A stretch of DNA of 64,000 nucleotides from a virus. Position 1 is the first letter of the stretch. Each line of letters starts with the position of its first letter. Made by a program: the position numbers and the translations under genes. This document shows positions 27,820 to 38,138 of the stretch, one piece after another. Below the pieces are notes generated by a model that had not been told where the DNA came from, searched no databases, and saw nothing but the letters and a program-made list of their open reading frames with translations. The stretch lies in IMG/VR virus record IMGVR_UViG_3300021961_011210, positions 8,886 through 72,885 of that record. One strand, given 5' to 3'.

Positions 27820-29352
27820 ATGAGTAATAAAGAAAAATCTTTAGTTGAAGAGGCATTACTACAAATGAAAAATTTGGAAGAAGCCGTTACACAAAACGCA
27901 AAAGGAATACTTGCTTCTACAATGAAGGAAGAAATCAAAGAATTAGTAAAAGAATCTCTTGAAGAAGAGATTGAAGAAGGAATGGAGATGAAAAGTTCAG
28001 AAGAAGAAAAAGAGTCAAATATGGCTGAACAAGCAGAAATGGAACTTGATATCGACGACACAGAAGAGGAATCTGATGAAGTAGAAAATGACGAAGAGGA
28101 AATCGAGTTAGATTCTATGGATATCGATTCTGATGAATCTGACGAGGAAGAATTCGAACTTGGAATTGACGACGAGGAAGTTATGTTACCACTTGATTTG
28201 ACAGGTGCATCTGATGAAGAAATTTTGAAGGTGTTCAAGGCAATGGGTGACGAAGACGGAATCATTGTTAAAAAGGACGGGGAAGAAATCCACTTGAAAG
28301 ATGAGACTTCTGATGTTGAATATAAAATTGATCTTGGTGAGTCAGAAGAAGAGGAATCTATCGATGAAATGATGGATGACGATTTTGAAGATTTGGATGA
28401 AATCGTTTATGAAATCGAACTCGATGAAGAAGAGGACGATGACGATGACGAGGAAGAAATGATGTCAGAAGAAAAAATGACAGTTTCTCCGAAAGGTGAA
28501 GGAATGGGTAAACCTAAATTCAAGTATCCTTCTAAAATGAAGGGTGGTGTTACTGAAACTGAAGACATCGAAGAGATGACTGAAGGTGAAATGTCAGTAA
28601 AACCAAAAGGTGAAGGAATGGGTAAACCTAAATTCAAGTATCCTTCTAAAATGAAGGGTGGTGTTACCGAAACCGAAGATGTCGAAGAAATGGAAGAAGA
28701 ATGGGGAGGTAAGAAAGGTGATGACTCTAAGTCTCACAAAGATTACGAAACTACTGAAGAGTGGGGAGGTAAGAAAGGTGACGACTCTAAGTCTCACAAA
28801 GATTACGAAACTACTGAAGAGTGGGGAGGTAAGAAAGGTGACGACTCTAAGTCTCACAAAGATTACGAAACTACTGAAGCTGCACGTACACTCGGAAACG
28901 GGAAAAGAAATGCAGCTAACAGACATTCTTTACCAAAAATGAAAGTAATTCCAAATCAAGCTCTAGCGGAAGAAGTTGAATCATTGAGAGCTAAAAATGA
29001 CGAATACAGAAAAGCTCTTAACATATTCAAAGACAAGCTCAACGAAGTTGCAGTATTCAATTCTAATCTCGCATATGCTGTTAGACTATTTACTGAAAAC
29101 TCCACGACTAAACAAGAAAAAATAAACATCCTAAGAAGATTCGACAATGTTGAAACTTTAAAGGAATCAAAAGCTCTTTATAAGACAATCAAAGATGAGT
29201 TGGTACCACAGTCAGTTGTTAGTGAGTCTGTTGAAACAAAATTACAACAAACACCAACTGCAGGTTCTTCAACAACTTTGATTGAGAGCAAAACTTATGA
29301 AAATCCTCAATTCCAAAGAATGAAGGATTTGATGGGTAAATTAAATAAATAA
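27820..29352 (+). CDS. Prohead core scaffold protein (gp22-like)
   Basis: Lies between protease and capsid genes; very acidic, coiled-coil C-terminus ending QFQRMKDLMG. ATG at 27820 (TTG at 27802 possible). Confidence 0.85.
   Translation: MSNKEKSLVEEALLQMKNLEEAVTQNAKGILASTMKEEIKELVKESLEEEIEEGMEMKSSEEEKESNMAEQAEMELDIDDTEEESDEVENDEEEIELDSMDIDSDESDEEEFELGIDDEEVMLPLDLTGASDEEILKVFKAMGDEDGIIVKKDGEEIHLKDETSDVEYKIDLGESEEEESIDEMMDDDFEDLDEIVYEIELDEEEDDDDDEEEMMSEEKMTVSPKGEGMGKPKFKYPSKMKGGVTETEDIEEMTEGEMSVKPKGEGMGKPKFKYPSKMKGGVTETEDVEEMEEEWGGKKGDDSKSHKDYETTEEWGGKKGDDSKSHKDYETTEEWGGKKGDDSKSHKDYETTEAARTLGNGKRNAANRHSLPKMKVIPNQALAEEVESLRAKNDEYRKALNIFKDKLNEVAVFNSNLAYAVRLFTENSTTKQEKINILRRFDNVETLKESKALYKTIKDELVPQSVVSESVETKLQQTPTAGSSTTLIESKTYENPQFQRMKDLMGKLNK
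28477..28692 (+). repeat. In-frame tandem repeat, 114 bp period, about 2 copies
   Basis: M(T/S)V(S/K)PKGEGMGKPKFKYPSKMKGGVTETED(I/V)EEM starting at 28477 and 28591. Confidence 0.95.
28696..28878 (+). repeat. In-frame tandem repeat, 60 bp x 3
   Basis: EEWGGKKGDDSKSHKDYETT at 28696, 28756 and 28816, with near-identical DNA. Confidence 0.97.
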
Positions 29353-29373
29353 ACATCCTAAAAAAATATTAAA

Positions 29374-31176
29374 ATGGGAGCATTATTAGAATCAGGTCTT
29401 GTTGGTAACATCGGTCTTAAGCACTTGAAGGTTATCAAAGAAGACACAATCAACAAATGGGACAAATTAGGATTCCTTGAGGGTCTTAAAGGTCACTTAA
29501 AGGAAAACGTAGCTCAGTTATACGAAAACCAAGCTTCATACTTAATCAATGAGGCTGCGTCTACAACTGACTCAGGTTCATTCGAAACTGTAGTTTTCCC
29601 TATCGTTAGAAGAGTTTTCTCTAAACTTTTAGCTAACGATATCGTATCAGTACAAGCTATGAACTTACCTATCGGTAAATTGTTCTACTTTGTACCAAAA
29701 ATTCAAAACAGAGCAAATAACAGTCACTTCGCACCTATCGGAGCACCAAACGGTCCTACAGATCCAAACGTAGGTTACGGTACTGGTAAAAACCTTTACG
29801 ATAGATTCTACGAAGGTACAGAACCAGGATTGGATCCTGAAGGTTTGTTCGATTACTCTAAAGGAGAATACTCAGCAAGAACTGTAAACTTGGTAACTCA
29901 AAGATGGGTTGGTGATAGCTTATTAGCTTTCAACTACTTAGCAGATACAGAATACAGAAAAGTTCTTGTTGCAATGTCAGGTTTCAACAACGCAGGCGCT
30001 GGTAAACTTATCGGACCTGATGGTAACGAAATGGACAACGAAGCTTTCTTGGCGGGATTGACTATTAATGTTAATGGTAACTCAGCAATTAACTTCTTCT
30101 CAGGTATTACTGGTACTTCAGCAGTTTCAAACGGTAACTTGTTATTCAGAGTTGTAACACAACAATACGGTAAGGGTATCGTTCAGTATGGTTCACCAAA
30201 CACTGCAACTGTATTCCCAACTACTGGTAACGGTGGTACATACGACAACCTTTGTGATGCGAATGGTGTTATCTACTTGGAAATTGACACTCAAGTTCCA
30301 TGTACTGTAACTACTAATTCAATCGATGGTTATTCTGGTTTCACTACAGGTTCAGGTGCAACTAACGCTAATTCTGCGTTCACTGCAACTTACAGAATCT
30401 ACAAAGAGTTGGAATTCGAAGATGCTATCGGTGAAGTTTCTTTCGACTTAGAGTCAGTAACTGTATCAGTTACAGAAAGAAAACTTAGAGCACAATGGTC
30501 TCCTGAATTAGCACAAGACGTTTCTGCATTCCACAACATCGACGCTGAAGCTGAATTAACAGCTTTATTGTCTGAGCAAGTTGCGGCAGAAATCGACCGT
30601 GAAATCTTAAGAGACTTGAGAAAAGGTGCGGCTTGGAACCTACGTTGGGACTACAACGGATGGAAGAGAGGTACTACAGCTAATCCATTAACTCAGTACA
30701 CTCAAAAAGACTGGAACCAAACTCTTATCACAGCTATCAACCAAATCTCTGCACAGATTCACAAATCTACATTGAGAGGTGGTGCTAACTGGATTGTTGT
30801 TTCTTCTGAAATCAGTGCTATCTTTGATGACTTGGAGTACTTCCACGTTTCAAACGCAGCTCCTGAGCAAGATCAATACAACATGGGTATTGAAAGAGTT
30901 GGTACATTAGCAGGTAGATATCAAGTTTATCGTGATCCTTACTTCCCACCTAACACAGTATTGTTGGGACACAAAGGTACATCATTACTTGACACTGGTT
31001 ACGTTTACGCACCATATGTACCTCTACAGTTGACTCCAACTATGTACAACCCATTCAACTTTACACCTATCAAGGGTATCATGACTAGATACGCTAAGAA
31101 GATGGTTAACAACCGTTTCTATGGTAGAATCACAGTTGATGGTGTTAGAACATTCGACTTGAGAGAATTGAGATAA
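29374..31176 (+). CDS. Major capsid protein (T4 gp23-like)
   Basis: P.VRR.F..L.A.DIVSVQ.M..P.G; RKLRAQWSPELAQD...H.IDAEAEL; EIDREI; YAPYVPL; F.P.KGIMTRY; 600 aa. Confidence 0.97.
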   Translation: MGALLESGLVGNIGLKHLKVIKEDTINKWDKLGFLEGLKGHLKENVAQLYENQASYLINEAASTTDSGSFETVVFPIVRRVFSKLLANDIVSVQAMNLPIGKLFYFVPKIQNRANNSHFAPIGAPNGPTDPNVGYGTGKNLYDRFYEGTEPGLDPEGLFDYSKGEYSARTVNLVTQRWVGDSLLAFNYLADTEYRKVLVAMSGFNNAGAGKLIGPDGNEMDNEAFLAGLTINVNGNSAINFFSGITGTSAVSNGNLLFRVVTQQYGKGIVQYGSPNTATVFPTTGNGGTYDNLCDANGVIYLEIDTQVPCTVTTNSIDGYSGFTTGSGATNANSAFTATYRIYKELEFEDAIGEVSFDLESVTVSVTERKLRAQWSPELAQDVSAFHNIDAEAELTALLSEQVAAEIDREILRDLRKGAAWNLRWDYNGWKRGTTANPLTQYTQKDWNQTLITAINQISAQIHKSTLRGGANWIVVSSEISAIFDDLEYFHVSNAAPEQDQYNMGIERVGTLAGRYQVYRDPYFPPNTVLLGHKGTSLLDTGYVYAPYVPLQLTPTMYNPFNFTPIKGIMTRYAKKMVNNRFYGRITVDGVRTFDLRELR

Positions 31177-31199
31177 TTCTTCAAAAGGAGATAAAAACT

Positions 31200-31226
31200 A
31201 AGGGGGACTGAAAAGTCCCCCTTTTT
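31200..31226. terminator. Intrinsic terminator after the major capsid gene
   Basis: AAGGGGGACT-GAAA-AGTCCCCCTTTTT. Confidence 0.88.
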
Positions 31227-31404
31227 ATTTTCTTTTTTTACAGTATTTCGAATCTTCTCCGAAGTACAAACACCTTAATATATTTAATTCTGATCTTTGT
31301 TCTTGATATTTATCACCAATGAAAGGACGATGTCCATTTCTAACTGCTTTAGTTATTTCATATTCAATTTGTACTATCCGTCTGAATAATTCTACTTTAT
31401 TCAT
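31225..31404 (-). CDS. Small hypothetical protein, absent from the ORF track
   Basis: 59 aa MNKVELFRRIVQIEYEI...YCKKRK; overlaps the end of the upstream gene. Confidence 0.65.
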   Translation of the reverse strand: MNKVELFRRIVQIEYEITKAVRNGHRPFIGDKYQEQRSELNILRCLYFGEDSKYCKKRK

Positions 31405-31633
31405 TAGTTTCAGTATTTTTAGTAAATACTCTTAATGATTTAGAAATTACTTCACTTTCCTCTAATGAAAACAAACCTTTTGATTGAGAATATTTCAAAG
31501 ATAAATTCAATATATAAAAAGCCTGTTCTGGATTCATATTTTCAACAAACTTGTCGATGTCAGATTGAGATGTATAGTTTATAGTTCCAAATAATTGTCC
31601 TATAGGGTTTTTGGGTGTTTCTGATGATTCCAT
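31397..31633 (-). CDS. Hypothetical protein
   Basis: 78 aa ORF. Confidence 0.75.
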   Translation of the reverse strand: MESSETPKNPIGQLFGTINYTSQSDIDKFVENMNPEQAFYILNLSLKYSQSKGLFSLEESEVISKSLRVFTKNTETNE

Positions 31634-31671
31634 AAATAATTCTGAGATATTTATATTAATAAAGTTATTCT

Positions 31672-33351
31672 ATGAAAAATATAAAAGAAATGACAACAAG
31701 TCAAAGCGATGGTAAGTTTGAAGGTAAATTAGTTTTAGGAAAACGAAATTTCTCCAAAGAATTAGCACCCTTTGATATTACTTTAGAAGATACTTTAGAG
31801 CCTGAACCCATCCATGAGGACTTAGCAGTTTGGTTTGGTAAAAAAAAGAAACCTAAGGGAAGTAAACAACCTAAAGGTCCTTGGGTGGATATTTGTCGTA
31901 AAGAGGATGGAAAACATCCCCCGTGTGGTAGATCGACTTCAGATAAGGGTGCGTATCCAAAATGTAGAGCTGCGGGAGTTGCGGGTAAAATGTCCGATGC
32001 GGAAAAAAAGGCGGCTTGTGCACAAAAAAGACGTGCAGAAAAAAAGGACACTCAAACGGGAAAAGGACAAAAACCCATCATGACTTCCCACAAAAAAAGG
32101 AAACCAAAAAAAGAATCTGTACGTGAATTGGCAATAAAAGTTCTTCAAAGTATTAATGAAGAAAAAAACATTGATATTAAACCGTCTTCACGTGTAGAAA
32201 AAAATATCTGTGAAACAAAAAAGTTTTGTTCGGCACAAGGTCCAATAACATTCGGACAACTTAAATCAATCATTTCTTTTGCAATTAATAAAAGATTGGG
32301 GATACATATGGGGGAAGGTTTTATAAAAGCATTGATTAGGTTATTACCTTGGTTCATACCTCAAATTGCGGTGGCAGGTTTTGTTGGTTCTGCTATGAGA
32401 GCGGCTAACAAAATTATCAGCCCTACTTTGAAGGAAACTTCATCTTACAAAACATGGTGGGCAAAAACCATATTGAAACTTTTCAATTTAGTTGAGGGTG
32501 AAATAAATGCTACAGATCCTTTTAGTAAAATTTTCTTTATTGGAGATGGATTGATGCATTTAATGACAGAAGAATCTAAAATCCAATTTGCTGAATATAT
32601 TTCTGATCTTGTTTCTACGAAATCTGATGATGAAGTTGTTCCTGATTATTTTGTAGAAAATGAGTTAAGGAATTGGATTAATCAAAAGTTTTTAATAAAC
32701 CCTCCTTTGTCAACTGTGTCTAATATTGACAGGATGGATGAAGTTAAAAAAGTAAAAATTACAAAAGAGAATTTTCAAGAATACATAGGTATATTTGAAA
32801 AAGACAAAAAAGATATTGTAAAATTATCACTATCGGAAAATTCGAATCATTATTGTGAGTTATATTATCTTGATATGTTAGACAATGTAAAAAGTATATC
32901 CATAGCCGAAAAGTTTTGTAGAACCTCGGAATATTTAATTGAATCCGAAAACGGAAAATATTCAGAAATAAATTTTGTACCACCTGTTTCGGTGAGTTCA
33001 GAGGCAAAAAAAGGTTTAGATTATCGAAAAAAAGCGGGAGGTAAAGGGGGACTAACACCTGCACAGGCAGCAGCATCAAATAGAAGTGGAGAAACTAAAA
33101 ATTTAGGTTCAGGTGTGCAGAGAGCGGTAAATCTTAAAAATAGAACCAAGTTATCACCTTCCACAGTGAAAAGAATGAAAGCATTTTTTGATAGACATCA
33201 AAAAAACAAAACAATTAACCCTGAAAATAGAGGAACACCTTGGAACGACAAAGGATATGTTGCTTGGTTATTGTGGGGTGGTGATGCAGGTTATGCGTGG
33301 GCAAGAAAAGTCGTTAGACAAATGGAGACGGCAGACAAAAAGAAAAATTAA
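31672..33351 (+). CDS. Modular putative internal head protein
   Basis: 559 aa mosaic: Cys/Lys-rich WFG..WVDIC..PCGR..YPKC module, hydrophobic central module, C-terminal KRMKAFFDRH..LLWGGD module. Confidence 0.75.
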   Translation: MKNIKEMTTSQSDGKFEGKLVLGKRNFSKELAPFDITLEDTLEPEPIHEDLAVWFGKKKKPKGSKQPKGPWVDICRKEDGKHPPCGRSTSDKGAYPKCRAAGVAGKMSDAEKKAACAQKRRAEKKDTQTGKGQKPIMTSHKKRKPKKESVRELAIKVLQSINEEKNIDIKPSSRVEKNICETKKFCSAQGPITFGQLKSIISFAINKRLGIHMGEGFIKALIRLLPWFIPQIAVAGFVGSAMRAANKIISPTLKETSSYKTWWAKTILKLFNLVEGEINATDPFSKIFFIGDGLMHLMTEESKIQFAEYISDLVSTKSDDEVVPDYFVENELRNWINQKFLINPPLSTVSNIDRMDEVKKVKITKENFQEYIGIFEKDKKDIVKLSLSENSNHYCELYYLDMLDNVKSISIAEKFCRTSEYLIESENGKYSEINFVPPVSVSSEAKKGLDYRKKAGGKGGLTPAQAAASNRSGETKNLGSGVQRAVNLKNRTKLSPSTVKRMKAFFDRHQKNKTINPENRGTPWNDKGYVAWLLWGGDAGYAWARKVVRQMETADKKKN

Positions 33352-33509
33352 AATTTTCTTTGTTTTAAACCTATACTGTATTTTGTAAAGTTATCGTATA
33401 AATCTGGTTTCATTTCCATGAAATAATCTACGGCACTATCCACTGAAGCTGCTTGTGTTTCCATAATAACTTGTTCATTTTCAGAAAGGATGTAGGTAAC
33501 TTGGTTCAT
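33348..33509 (-). CDS. Small hypothetical protein, absent from the ORF track
   Basis: 53 aa MNQVTYILSENEQ...KQRKF; fills the intergenic gap; TATCTTAG promoter-like element upstream. Confidence 0.55.
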   Translation of the reverse strand: MNQVTYILSENEQVIMETQAASVDSAVDYFMEMKPDLYDNFTKYSIGLKQRKF

Positions 33510-33536
33510 GTTGGAAATTTTTTGCTAAGATATGAT

Positions 33537-34001
33537 TTATTTTTTACCTGAACAATATTTTCCTGAACATTTTTTTTCACCATCTAAACCGGGCATAGTT
33601 CCTTTACATACTTGTACGGCGTAACCATTGGCATATGCAGAAGGGTAAACTTCAAATTTAGCCTTTGCTGCTGACTTACCCCGAGCACAAAGAGTTGTGT
33701 CCTTCTTTTTTTTCTTTTTTTTACCTTCCTCTAATTCAACAAAATCTACATATTGGGATTCTTTTTCCATTTCATTCTTAAAAAAGTCAAAAACCTGATC
33801 GATGTTTGTCTTAGCTTCGGATATATGATCATCCGCCCAATCGTGCCCTCCTTGTAGTATTTCTTCTATCATGTCAGCATCCATTTCTAACATCATGTCG
33901 ATTTGTCTTCTCATTTGTTTCAAATTACTGAAGAACATATAATTTTCAGTATAATTTTCTTTCAAAATTCTACGAATAGTGTTTCTTAGTTGTGCACTCA
34001 T
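33537..34001 (-). CDS. Putative internal head protein
   Basis: Tag QLRNTIRRILKE; C-terminal LCARGK.AAK.KF.VYPSAYANGYAVQVC module. Confidence 0.75.
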   Translation of the reverse strand: MSAQLRNTIRRILKENYTENYMFFSNLKQMRRQIDMMLEMDADMIEEILQGGHDWADDHISEAKTNIDQVFDFFKNEMEKESQYVDFVELEEGKKKKKKKDTTLCARGKSAAKAKFEVYPSAYANGYAVQVCKGTMPGLDGEKKCSGKYCSGKK

Positions 34002-35512
34002 ATTTTGTTTACAATTTGGAATGTTAATTCTCTTTTATAAGTATTTGTTTCATAATCAGAAAGTACTTTTATATCAACATAATATTGATTGGGAACTTTA
34101 TCTCTTGTGTCGAATATGAAATAATAGGCGTCAGGAGTTCGGTTAATTCGTGTCCAATCCTGAACTTGAACTTCTGTGTTAGCACCCTCTCGTACATACA
34201 CCCGGTAATATGCCTGAACATCATTCAGAACTTCATTTGTTGTATATGCTTTTTTTATTGTAACATTAACCTTACGAACGTCAGTATTTAATATTTTTTC
34301 GTTTTGTTTTATACCCGAAAAATCGAAACCGTATATTGATGGATCTTTTGTGGATGAACCAATTTGGTAGTAACCTGTACTCTGCTTTATGACAAATTCA
34401 TTAGTGACTAATCCAACATCAACACCATTTATTGTAATACCACTCCACTGATCATAAAACATACAAGGAGTTGTCTGTCCTGTAATAATTGGTACACTAA
34501 CCTCATATACCCCTTCAGTCACTAAACAAGTGGATAATCCCGTATAACTACTACCCAAATATTCTTCATTTGAATTCAAGATGTTCACAATAGGTAGATT
34601 GTCAAAGTTTGTGGGTTGTCCATTTATGTATGAATAAAGATAAAGTTTGTTGACTTTATTTTGATAAAATGAATTTCGGTCATCTAAAATTAAATCGTCG
34701 TAATTTGTTTCTAAAAATGGCTCATAGAAAGTTTGGGTATGACGAGTAAAGAATCCAACTGAATAATTCTCCGTTAACCCTGAGATATTTTCAATTGCAG
34801 GTACATATGCAATACCCCAACCTGTAAATCCTGAAGTGTTTCCTGTCAAAACTTCATTTATTTCATTTGTCATGTCGAATTCTATGTTTTCGTTTCCGAA
34901 TTCGAAATGTTGTGTTGCCACAATGGTAAGTCCCGAGTAATTGTAACAACTGTCACCTGATAAAGAATTGGTGTTGTCATAAATTCCGGGTTGTCCCCAA
35001 TTTGACACTGTCTCTGATTGGTACCAGTTCGACGGACGACTTGAAAAACTTTTGTCTGTTTCTAATGCTAAAGATATTGTTGAACCATTACTCGAGTTCA
35101 AATTTGTTGCGGAATTGTAGTAATCATAACCAACACCTTCGTCCCAAGTTTGTCCTGAACCTGTACAACCCGAAACAGGGATTCTGAAAAGAATTAAATC
35201 AAATGAAGTTGCCCTTCTTCTACCTTCAGATGTTGTGGTGTTCAATAACTCAGTGTCAAAAGCGGACGTGTTCGTCATTTTTAACGTGTGTGAGACGCTT
35301 TTACTACAACCTGTAGAAATTGTACCATTATAATATAATTGTCTCAGTTGCGACAAATCAATGTCAAAAATGAATCTACTAAATCCTATTGGGGAACTCA
35401 AATCTTGAACACCTCCATAAAAAAGTTCTGTCACAGGGTTTCTCCCTGTGTTAGTATATGAATTGGATATTATGGTGTTATTTCTATTGAAATAGGATCT
35501 GAAAATTGACAT
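33998..35512 (-). CDS. Virion structural protein (beta-rich, Ser/Thr/Gly-rich)
   Basis: 504 aa; NTG.NP..EL, SRFIFD, WDEG.G motifs; TATTTAT at 35533-35527. Confidence 0.7.
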   Translation of the reverse strand: MSIFRSYFNRNNTIISNSYTNTGRNPVTELFYGGVQDLSSPIGFSRFIFDIDLSQLRQLYYNGTISTGCSKSVSHTLKMTNTSAFDTELLNTTTSEGRRRATSFDLILFRIPVSGCTGSGQTWDEGVGYDYYNSATNLNSSNGSTISLALETDKSFSSRPSNWYQSETVSNWGQPGIYDNTNSLSGDSCYNYSGLTIVATQHFEFGNENIEFDMTNEINEVLTGNTSGFTGWGIAYVPAIENISGLTENYSVGFFTRHTQTFYEPFLETNYDDLILDDRNSFYQNKVNKLYLYSYINGQPTNFDNLPIVNILNSNEEYLGSSYTGLSTCLVTEGVYEVSVPIITGQTTPCMFYDQWSGITINGVDVGLVTNEFVIKQSTGYYQIGSSTKDPSIYGFDFSGIKQNEKILNTDVRKVNVTIKKAYTTNEVLNDVQAYYRVYVREGANTEVQVQDWTRINRTPDAYYFIFDTRDKVPNQYYVDIKVLSDYETNTYKRELTFQIVNKI

Positions 35513-35555
35513 TACAAACTTTTATAATAAATATCGAAAAGTATGAAATAGAAAT

Positions 35556-36359
35556 TTATTCCACTTCATATATAATTTTCATCGTCAAATTATAAATAGA
35601 TTCGGGTGTACAATTTTGTTCATACCACTCAATTACATTTGCAGAAAGATACTCCCATTCTTCTTGAGTGGTATTTTTTATTACATCCTTAGCATGTTCA
35701 AAATTATCAACTAAAAGATAATGTTTGTTTTGTTCCAACTTATTGAAATATTCCACACTTACCTCCCTTGTAAACAAAGGTACAACACCCATACCCATAT
35801 ACTCAACATCTCTTAAACACTTTGGACCAACACCTGTGAGAGATAATCCAAATTTATGTTGGGACATAAATCTAATATAGTCCTCGTAATTCAAGGGGGA
35901 TACTTCGTCTGTTAGACTAAAGTTTTCTACTACATCACCCCAATTGTGATTTCGATTTCCTCTTCCTCTTGCTCCCGTACCAAAAAAAATACTTTCATAT
36001 GGGCGTTGACTGTATGATTTTATTCCTTCAGATCTCAACTTTTCATATCTAATTGGATGGGTGGGCCAAAAGGTCCACCTGTAAGTCCCATCAAACGGGA
36101 CAAATTCATTTGCCATTAGACACTTTTGCCAACCAAAACGTATTCTAGTATCCCAAAGTGGTTTATCATACAACAAGTACTTACCAATCTCTTCTAACCA
36201 AACATGACTTTCAATATATTGTCCAACCAAATTGTCTTCGAATTCTTCTTTTGTGATTGGTACCAATTCAACCAAACCTTTTTGTTTCCATATTTTTAAA
36301 ATTTCTCGAAAACAACAACCCGAATGTTTATCGATTGTTGGTACGTGTATTTTCAACAT
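35556..36359 (-). CDS. Glycosyltransferase-like protein (GT-B, exostosin/GT47-like C-terminus)
   Basis: HKFGLSLTGVG..CLRDVEYMGMGVVP...HYLLV. Confidence 0.65.
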   Translation of the reverse strand: MLKIHVPTIDKHSGCCFREILKIWKQKGLVELVPITKEEFEDNLVGQYIESHVWLEEIGKYLLYDKPLWDTRIRFGWQKCLMANEFVPFDGTYRWTFWPTHPIRYEKLRSEGIKSYSQRPYESIFFGTGARGRGNRNHNWGDVVENFSLTDEVSPLNYEDYIRFMSQHKFGLSLTGVGPKCLRDVEYMGMGVVPLFTREVSVEYFNKLEQNKHYLLVDNFEHAKDVIKNTTQEEWEYLSANVIEWYEQNCTPESIYNLTMKIIYEVE

Positions 36360-37924
36360 TAGTTGATTCTAATTTTATTATTGAGAACTGTTTGTTGAGC
36401 GGTTTGTAACTTGGTGAGTAACTTCGAAATTGTTGAGTTTCCGTCTATTGCCGTTGGAAGGGCGGGTTGTCCATGATAGGGGTGTACATGCAAAACCAAA
36501 AAATTTACTATGTCATTCAACAAAATTAATAATTCTTCACCTCTAACAGTTGATGAAGTGTTCAGTTGTAAATCTTTTAAGAACGATTCTGAAACACCAT
36601 AGAGTGTATTTGTCAAATCTATTTTTTTATCTCCAGCACCTTCACTGGTATGTGACAACAAATATAGAGTATCTCCACCAAAAATACCGACAGTCTGAAG
36701 TTCTGTAGTTTTTGTTATATTTTCCTCAGTTTCTAAGACTGATTGTGTCGGCACACCAATGGTATCTTTTTCGTAGACTAAATCATATCCCTCAGACGAA
36801 TCTGTCACATTAAGTTTTATTTGTGACATCATTGTGGCAACGTTTAATGTCCCTGTAAAACCGTTTTGCAGACTTATATTTTTGATATATTCATAAGTTG
36901 TTTGTGATGGGCGAAAATAAAATGGAAACTGATAAGTTATTGGGGTATTTGTTTGCTCAATTAATCCGTTGTTGACTTCTTTGATAAAGGTATTGATAGT
37001 CTCAACAACCTCTTCAATTGTTAAGTTGGTGAAAGGTATCACGAGTTGTAAAGAAACGTAATCTGTCAAATCAGTATCTACCACAAAATTGTTTGTGAGT
37101 ACAGCTTCCTCCTGTTTCAAATTGTACAAGTAGATTCTACCTGTGAAACTATTTTGAGTGTTTTCAGGGTTGTCTAATTGATATTCGATAAGTTTTTTAC
37201 AGTAGGTGTTTTGTTCTACAAATCTCAAACGTTTTTTAGGTTCACCTATTTTTGTTGTTTCACCAAAATTTGATAATTGTAAAAAGGCTCTGTTTACGTT
37301 CCCAACAGGAGGGGTATTACGCCTTAGGGTGGTACCAACAATTTTACCGGCACGTAGTATAACCTCATTTTCTTTAAGAATAACATCTGAGTTAAATCTA
37401 CCTAAAATTGCATTGTCACCCGGTTCGGGATAGACTCCAGTACTCGACTCGTTACTATATGGTATTCTTGCGGGTGCTTGTGTATTACCAAAATTTATTT
37501 CATACTGTGAGTTTTTAAGAGGGGTGGGGGGTAAATTTTGAGCTCCGTCGTCTAACCAAGTTTTTGCGTTTTGAAACTCCTCTAAATTTGAATTGTTTGG
37601 GGTTGAAAAAGGTCCTTGTAAATAGAAACGATTTTTGGTTGCTTGGTAAGCCGAATCTTGGTATATAATGTGAACATACTCATTGACTTTAGGAACTTGA
37701 AATACAAAGTAAGGTAATAATGGTAAAACAACAAAGGGATCTTTTTTTGTCCATTTATCTTTTTTTTCATCAAAGTCAGGAAAGGATTTCAAAATATTTT
37801 GATAATACTCCGACTCTGGTTGAACTCTAATTCTACCTAACATCCATGGGTCTTGGTTGTCAATAACTTGCCCTGGATATAGAATTTGTCTGAAATTTGG
37901 AGGTAAATTTTTTATTGAGTCCAT
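36359..37924 (-). CDS. Baseplate central spike/hub protein (T4 gp5-like)
   Basis: OB-fold GQVIDNQDPWMLGRIRV...PLLP....PKVNE.V; C-terminal HVHP apex motif. Confidence 0.75.
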   Translation of the reverse strand: MDSIKNLPPNFRQILYPGQVIDNQDPWMLGRIRVQPESEYYQNILKSFPDFDEKKDKWTKKDPFVVLPLLPYFVFQVPKVNEYVHIIYQDSAYQATKNRFYLQGPFSTPNNSNLEEFQNAKTWLDDGAQNLPPTPLKNSQYEINFGNTQAPARIPYSNESSTGVYPEPGDNAILGRFNSDVILKENEVILRAGKIVGTTLRRNTPPVGNVNRAFLQLSNFGETTKIGEPKKRLRFVEQNTYCKKLIEYQLDNPENTQNSFTGRIYLYNLKQEEAVLTNNFVVDTDLTDYVSLQLVIPFTNLTIEEVVETINTFIKEVNNGLIEQTNTPITYQFPFYFRPSQTTYEYIKNISLQNGFTGTLNVATMMSQIKLNVTDSSEGYDLVYEKDTIGVPTQSVLETEENITKTTELQTVGIFGGDTLYLLSHTSEGAGDKKIDLTNTLYGVSESFLKDLQLNTSSTVRGEELLILLNDIVNFLVLHVHPYHGQPALPTAIDGNSTISKLLTKLQTAQQTVLNNKIRIN

Positions 37925-37926
37925 GA

Positions 37927-38136
37927 TTAAGATTTTGTTCTTTTTTGGTATTCCTTCAATATGTTATTATATAAAGATTCTGTAGCGTCTAAATGATAGG
38001 ACAATTTCATGAGTAATTCTTTAGTATTTTCAAAATCTTTTTGTAATTTGTCCATTGCGATAATTAAATCTTGGTTTGAGTGATTCTTGAAATCATCAAT
38101 TATATTTTTCAATTTTTCGAATTCTTTACTGTCCAT
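37927..38136 (-). CDS. Small coiled-coil hypothetical protein
   Basis: 69 aa within the operon. Confidence 0.75.
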   Translation of the reverse strand: MDSKEFEKLKNIIDDFKNHSNQDLIIAMDKLQKDFENTKELLMKLSYHLDATESLYNNILKEYQKRTKS

Positions 38137-38138
38137 GA

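Noticed and set aside
28696-28878. Possible CRISPR array (regular 60-bp periodicity)
   Set aside because: The units are identical end to end with no unique spacers, lie in frame within the scaffold gene, and there are no cas genes.
24685-28942. Long antisense and alternate-frame ORFs (e.g. 24685-25155, 27750-28265, 28594-28926) and similar short ORFs throughout the track
   Set aside because: They are shadows of low-complexity or repeat regions of real genes, with Ser/Phe-rich composition and no promoter or family motifs.
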